This document shows positions 58,501 to 64,000 of a DNA stretch of 64,000 bases, piece by piece. A model generated the notes under the pieces. It searched no databases. It was not told where the DNA came from and saw only the letters and a list, made by a program, of their open reading frames with translations. The translations under genes and the position numbers were made by a program. Origin of the DNA: an uncultured delta proteobacterium (GTDB lineage Bacteria > Myxococcota > UBA727 > VGSZ01); NCBI GenBank assembly GCA_963775425.1, contig CAVZJB010000004.1, forward strand, positions 352,001 through 416,000. The letters are read 5' to 3'. Each line of letters begins with the position of its first letter. Positions within the stretch are counted from its first letter, which is position 1.

Positions 58501-61500
58501 TAGCGCTGCAGCCCCGCCGCCAGCGCCTCCGCCTGCCGCCGCGCCGGATCGTCCTCGGGATCGTTTTCGAGGTGTTGCAACAGCGCGTCGAGGGCCTCGT
58601 CGGGCAGGTCGACCTGCTCGACGAGCACCGTGGTGAGCTGCCCGATCAGCGCGCGGCGCGCCTGGATGTTCGGCTCGAGGCCGAGGAGCACCTGCAGCAC
58701 GTGTGCGCGCCCGGCGTGGTTCTCGACCGCCTCATAGCGCTGCAGGAGGGCGCGGCCGCACGCCTGGCGCTCGTGCACCGGCGCCTTGGCGTCGTCGAGG
58801 ATGGCGCGGATGCCGGCGAGCGCGCGCTCCTGGGTCTCGTCGTTGGCGAGCGAGGCCTCGTAGGCCTGAAGCGCCTCCTTGTGGCGCTCGAGCCCGTGCA
58901 GCACGTCGCCGAGCGCCGCGCGCATCGCGGAGCGCTCCTTGCCTGCGAGCTGGCCGGCGAGCTCCTTGAGCGCCCACGCGAGCTTCTCGGCGGTCTCGAC
59001 GTCGGCGACCACCTCCACCGGCTCCGCACCGTCGTCGCCGTCGGCGGCCGGCGGCGCGCCCTCCATGGCCTTGTCGTACGCAGCGACCAGGTGGCGCAGC
59101 GCGCGCTGCCGCAGCTCTCCGGTGACGGGGGCCTCGCCCGCGAACGCCTGCTCGAGCGGCGCGCGCGCCGCCTCGGGGTCTTTGAGCTCTTCGACGAGGA
59201 GGATGCCGAGACGCGCGCACACCGGCGCTGCGTCGGCGGGCGTGGCGGCGATGCGCTGCTCGAGCACGCCCCGGAGCTCCGTCCAACTGTCGCGCTTGGC
59301 GTAGATGTCGGCGAGCGCGTCGAGCGAGGAGACGGCGCCCGGGTCCTTCTCCAGGATGCCCTTGTGCGCCTCGATGGCGCTCACCTGATCGCCGAGCACG
59401 CCCTGCAGCAAGTCGGCGCGGCGCTGCAACAGCCCCTGCTTCTGCTGGCCGTCGGGCAGCCGGTCCGACGCCTTCTGCAGCACGTCGGCGAAGCGCGCGT
59501 GGGCGTTGGCCTCCTGAGCGAGGCGCTCGACCTCCGCGAAGGTCTCCTGGTTGGACGGCTCGTCGACCCAAGCGTCGGCCCACGCGTCGAACGCCTCCCG
59601 CGGGCTCTTCAGCTTCTCCTCGAGCATCCCGCCCATGGCCTTGGCGAGCATCGCGCGCTTCTTGTCGTCGCGCTCGGCGCCGTGGCGCAGCGCCATCATC
59701 TCGACGGTCTTGCGCCACTGCTCGTTCTGCGCGTACCAGGGCTGCAGCGCTTCGGCGATGGGCACCACGAGGCTGCCGCGCGCTTGCAGGCGCTCGAGGG
59801 CCTTCAGGAGCTCCGCGTCCACGTCGTGATCGCCGGCGGCAGGGGGCTCCCGCGCTTGATCGGCGTCCCCGGCTCCGTCGTCGGCGCCGCCCTCGGAGGC
59901 CCGGCGGGCGTCCCACTGGCGCAGGTAGAGCTCGGCGGCGTCGTCGGGGCGGTTGAGCTTCTCCTCGTACACGCGCGCGAGGCGGCCGCCGGCGGCGACG
60001 GCGTCGCGCTCGTTGCCGAGATCGTTCTCCACACGCATCCGCCGCTCGAGGGCCGCCGCGAGGTCCTCGAATTGCTCTTGCGAGCGGAGCACGGCCTCGA
60101 GCTTGTCGTGCGCGGCGCGCAGGCCGGCGTCGATCTCGAGCACCTCGCGCAGCCGCGCGGCGGCGTCGTCGGGCCGGTGCAGCTTGACGAGGACGTCCGC
60201 GAGCGTGAGCAAGGTCTGCGCGCGCTCGCGCGGATCGTTCTGCGTGCGGATGCGGCTCTCGAGGACGGCCGCGTGCTCCTCGGGCGAGGAGTCCTTGGCG
60301 AGGAGCCCGTCGAGCAGGGCGAGCGCGTCTTTGTCGCCGGGATCCTGCTCGAGCATGGTGTCGATGACCAGGCGCGCCTTCTTGCGATCGCCCGCCTGCA
60401 ACGCGAGCTGCGCAGCCCGGAGCTTCAAGCGGCGCGCTTCGCCGGGCGCGGAGGCGCGGTGGGCGGCGTCGAGGAAGGTCTGCGCGAGGTCGCCCGTGCG
60501 CGCGAGCGCGTCGGCGAGGCGCGACAGCTCCGCCTCGAGGCTCTCGCGCGGCTGCAGGACGAACAGCCGCCGGCCGGCGTTGAACGCCTTGTCGGGCGCG
60601 GCGAGCGCGCCCTGGTAGGCGGTCATCAACCGCTCGAGGAGCTTGGCCTCCTGCGCGGGGTCGATGGGCCTGAGCGCGCTGCGGCGGCTGGGCTTGAGCT
60701 GCGCCTCGATGACGTCGGCGAGCTTGGCCTCGTCGCCCTTGCGCTCATAGAGATCCGCGAGCTGCGCGAGCACGCCGTCGTCCTCGACGTCGAGGCCGCG
60801 CAACTGCTCGAGGCGCTCGGCCGCCTTGGTGAGATCCTTGATCTCCACCTCGTACAGCCGCGCGAGCTGCCGGAGCGTGTTCTTGCGCGCCGGCATGTCG
60901 CTCGACTCCTGGAGGAACGCCTCCATGACGACGGCGGCCTCGGGGTAGCGCCCGTTTTCGAGGTGAAGCTCGGTGAGCGCGTGGATGGCCGCGACGTTTC
61001 TTGGGTCCACCCGCCGGACCTTCTCGTACGCGGCCGCGATCTCCTCGGGGGCCGCGCCGCGCTCCGCCAACAACATGGCCACGAACAGCCACATGTCCAC
61101 GGCCACGTCGACGGCGCGCACGGCCTCGGCCTGCTTCTTCAGCCGATCGATGAACTCCCCGAGCTTGCCCTCCTCGCGGTAGAGCGCCTCGAGGAACTTG
61201 AGCGCCGGACGGTAGCCGGGCGACAGGAGCAGACACTTCTCGACGTTCTGCTCGATCTGCGCGTCCTTGGGCGCATACGACGCGTACACCTGCGCGATGG
61301 CCAGGTAGCGCCGCGCGGCGTCGCGCTTGTCGCGCGCGTCGAGGGCGGCGTCGCGCAGGCGGCGCACGTGGTCCTTCCACGTCTGCGGAAACGCCTCGAG
61401 CTCGCCCTTCAGCGTGCGCGCCCGCGCGAGGTCGGGCGCCAGCTTCGCGGCGCGCTCCACGGCGTCCTTGGCGACGTCGTGGGCCGCCGGCCGCACCAGG

Positions 61501-62201
61501 AGCGCCTCCGCGATCTTGATGTAGAGCTCCGCGAGCTCGCGCTTGACGGCGGGGTCTGCGTCCGCGCCCTCCTCCTCGACCTGCTCCACCTCGAGATCGA
61601 CGAGCTGCTTGGCCTGCTCTTCCCGCGACTGCTCCAGATAGATCTGCGTCGCCTTGCGCACCGCCGAGCGGTTCTTGCGGTCTGCCTTGAACGCGGCCTG
61701 GTACTGGATGAGCGCCTGCTGCGGCTGCCCCAGGTGCAGGCGCGCGAGGTCGCCCATGCGCTCCCACACCACGGCCTTGGCGTCGTCGTCGGGGAGGAGG
61801 CCGGCGAGCCGCTGGAGCACCGCGAACGCGGCCTCGTGGTGGCCCGCCGACTCGTGCAGCGACGCGCGCGCCTCGACGATCTCGCGCTTGGCGCCGAAGC
61901 GCTCCTCGGCGCGCGCGAGCAGCGACACGGCGGTCTCGACCTCGCCGGGCGACTGGCGGTGCACGTCGAGGATGCGGGTGACGATCAGCGACCGCAGGGA
62001 GCTGCCGCGCTCAGCGGGGTCCGCGTCGTCGGGCGCGTGCTGCGCGTCGCCGGACGCTTGCAGCGCCTCGCCGAGGGCGAGGAGCGCCGCCTTGCCGTCG
62101 CCGCCGCCCATGGCCTGGTCCGCGCGTGACAAGAGCGCGCCGACGTCGACGCCGTTGCCCCCCGAAGTCGACCCGTCTCCCGGCTGCGTCGTCGTCGTCA
62201 T
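49532..62201 (-). CDS. gltI: Giant TPR protein GltI/AgmK-like (~4222 aa if one extra base at ~56474 is removed); frameshifted as assembled
   Basis: TPR-like sequence is in the frame of ORF 55458..62201 until ...DAATLK and continues in the frame of ORF 49532..56692 as ILARLTR...; lies between cglE and gltJ as in the known cluster. Confidence 0.8.
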
Positions 62202-62207
62202 CTCTGC

Positions 62208-62897
62208 TCAGAACGTGTACTTGAGCGTCGGGTAGACCTCGACGCCGAACGCAAAGGGCGCGATGAGCGCCTGAAAGTCTCCCTCGAGGCCGATGGAGAG
62301 GTGACGGAGCTTCGTGTAGTACTCGACGCCCAGGGACGCGTCGGTGTGGACCGAGCCCGTGGCGCCGCCCGCGAGCTGCTTCGGGAACCAGAGCGCGTAG
62401 CCGGCGCCGACGCGCGCGAACGCGAAGAAACGATCCGTGGTGATGTAGTCGAAGCGGACGGCGACGCCGGGGGCGAAGTGCGAGAGATCGCCGGAGAGCG
62501 CGCCCGCCTTGATCGCGCTTTGGTCGAGGAGCCCCTCGTTGAAGTTGGCGAGGACGAAGGCGTCGAGCTCGATGTTGTTGAGGATGTCGTAGCCGACGCG
62601 GATGCCCATGCGCGTGCCCGGCAGCGTGCCGTCGGGATTGATGTTCACGAAGCCCGGCTGGTTGAGCGGGATGAAGTAGTTGGGGCCGTAGTCGACGGAG
62701 ACGAAGAAGCCGCGCTCGATCTCGTTGATGTCGATGACGTGGGCGGAGCCCTTGGTCACCTCCCCCGCGCGCGGCTCGTCGGCGTTCGAAGCGATGCCCT
62801 GCGCGAGCGCGGGCCCCGCGGCGCAGGTCGCGCACAGGACGAGGGCGCGTGCGACCGAAGGGAGCGGTCGCGGCAGGGTTGTCCTCGAAAAAACCAT
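62208..62897 (-). CDS. cglE: Outer-membrane beta-barrel CglE/GltH-like gliding protein
   Basis: NEIERGFF...GYD...GVEYYTKLRHLSIGLE...YPTLKYTF; terminal Phe; synteny with gltI/gltJ. Confidence 0.8.
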   Translation of the reverse strand: MVFSRTTLPRPLPSVARALVLCATCAAGPALAQGIASNADEPRAGEVTKGSAHVIDINEIERGFFVSVDYGPNYFIPLNQPGFVNINPDGTLPGTRMGIRVGYDILNNIELDAFVLANFNEGLLDQSAIKAGALSGDLSHFAPGVAVRFDYITTDRFFAFARVGAGYALWFPKQLAGGATGSVHTDASLGVEYYTKLRHLSIGLEGDFQALIAPFAFGVEVYPTLKYTF

Positions 62898-62992
62898 GGT
62901 CCGACCTCTCGGGTTCCATGGCCGCTATACCGCGTTTGGCGTGATCGAAGCCACTTTGCCCCCCCATGTAGGAGGCGGTGGGCGGTTCTTGC

Positions 62993-64000
62993 TCAACCTG
63001 CCGGCCTCACGACGAAGGGGTACGTGACCACCACGTCGCCGCCGCCCTTGGGCGCGGGGAACACCCAGGTGCGCACGTGGCGCGCGACGCAGCCGTCGAG
63101 GCTGGCGTCGCCGCTGCCGGCGCTGACGCGAGCGGAGCGCACGCGCCCCGAAGGGCCGATGACCCACGCGAGGGACACCTTGCCCTCGAGCCCCGGGGTG
63201 CGCAGCAGCGCGCGCTCGTAGCACGCCCGCACCTGGTCGACGTGAGCGCGCACGACGCGCCGGATGATCTCGCGATCGAGGGCCCCGACCACGACGGCGG
63301 GATCGCGCTGCACGACGACCTCGTAGTCGCGCTTGGCGCCGATGTCGCCGCCGACGGCGCCGAAGTTGCCGCGGGCGCGGCCGCGCCCGGTGTCGACGGC
63401 GCCGATGCCGATGATGCCGACGCCCGCCGCGCCGCCGTCGCCGCTTCGCGCCCTGCCCTGCAGACCGAGGCCCGGCGGCGCCGTCGTCGCCGTGGCGCCG
63501 TCGATGGAGCCGACGAGGCCGGCCACCTGCTCGAACCGGTCATCGCCGACCACCGAGGAGAGCCCGCCCGGGCCGCCGAACAGCGCCGCGAGCCTGCCCT
63601 CGACGACGTCTTCATCGCTGCGCCTGGGCTGCGCCGCCGCCTGCGCCGCCGCCCGCGGCGCCCGCGGCGACGACGGGGACGACGGCGACGGCGTCGACGG
63701 GGCCGACGGCGACGACGGCGACGACGTCGGCGACGCGGACGGCGCGCGCGCCGGCGGTGTCACGCGCGCGATGACCGTACCGAAGCGCGCGGCGGTGACG
63801 GCGAGCGCGGCGGCGTCGTCGTCGACGGCGCGAGGGACGAGCGTGAACATCGCCACGAACGCCGCCATGGCGAACAGCGTGACGGTCGCGGTGTTGGCCC
63901 ACAGCGCATCGAAGATGGGCGCGAGCGCGGCGACGCGGGATCGATCCGCGCGACGGACCTCGAGGGTGAACGCGCCGATACCGACGGTGGCGCTGACGTC
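62993..64000 (-). CDS. GltG/PglI-like protein with TonB-C-like domain, 5'-truncated by the window edge
   Basis: Frame open from 64000; GALDREIIRRVVRAH..QVRACYE..L...PGLEGKV...W.I...G.V...WVFPAPKGGG.VVVTYPF. Confidence 0.75.
   Translation of the reverse strand, partial: DVSATVGIGAFTLEVRRADRSRVAALAPIFDALWANTATVTLFAMAAFVAMFTLVPRAVDDDAAALAVTAARFGTVIARVTPPARAPSASPTSSPSSPSAPSTPSPSSPSSPRAPRAAAQAAAQPRRSDEDVVEGRLAALFGGPGGLSSVVGDDRFEQVAGLVGSIDGATATTAPPGLGLQGRARSGDGGAAGVGIIGIGAVDTGRGRARGNFGAVGGDIGAKRDYEVVVQRDPAVVVGALDREIIRRVVRAHVDQVRACYERALLRTPGLEGKVSLAWVIGPSGRVRSARVSAGSGDASLDGCVARHVRTWVFPAPKGGGDVVVTYPFVVRPAG

Overview
Very GC-rich bacterial DNA with hallmarks of Myxococcota: MYXO-CTERM sorting signals, a Cys-rich myxobacterial repeat, a TIGR04552-like gene and a glt/agm gliding cluster. 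About 35 plausible CDSs; most long ORFs in the supplied track are GC-rich antisense or off-frame shadows. Left to right: (1) an Ig-like lipoprotein, two genes sharing a half-TolC-like C-terminal domain (one fused to a ComEA HhH domain, one to a beta-propeller) and a divergent ComEC-like MBL hydrolase; (2) housekeeping and signalling genes (MoeB/ThiF, FHA proteins, ilvE, patatin, REC-J-TPR, ECF sigma/NrsF-like pair, glnE, DnaQ-like, GFA); (3) a four-gene porin-cytochrome-like operon (8-heme lipoprotein, beta-barrel, FeS/FAD/membrane oxidoreductase, 30-heme cytochrome); (4) a ~16 kb locus with two ORFs that each carry an INTERNAL MYXO-CTERM anchor followed directly by a second signal peptide (apparent secreted polyproteins), a PhoB/PhoR-like pair, (GE)n lipoproteins, a fused EcfT+S membrane protein with no ATPase gene and a MosA/MosB-like molybdenum storage pair; (5) gltJ, gltI (one +1 frameshift), gltH/cglE and a partial gltG-like gene. 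Two copies of a degenerate IS-derived element each abut a stop codon. No rRNA, tRNA or CRISPR array was seen. Family assignments come from motif recognition by eye, not from database searches.
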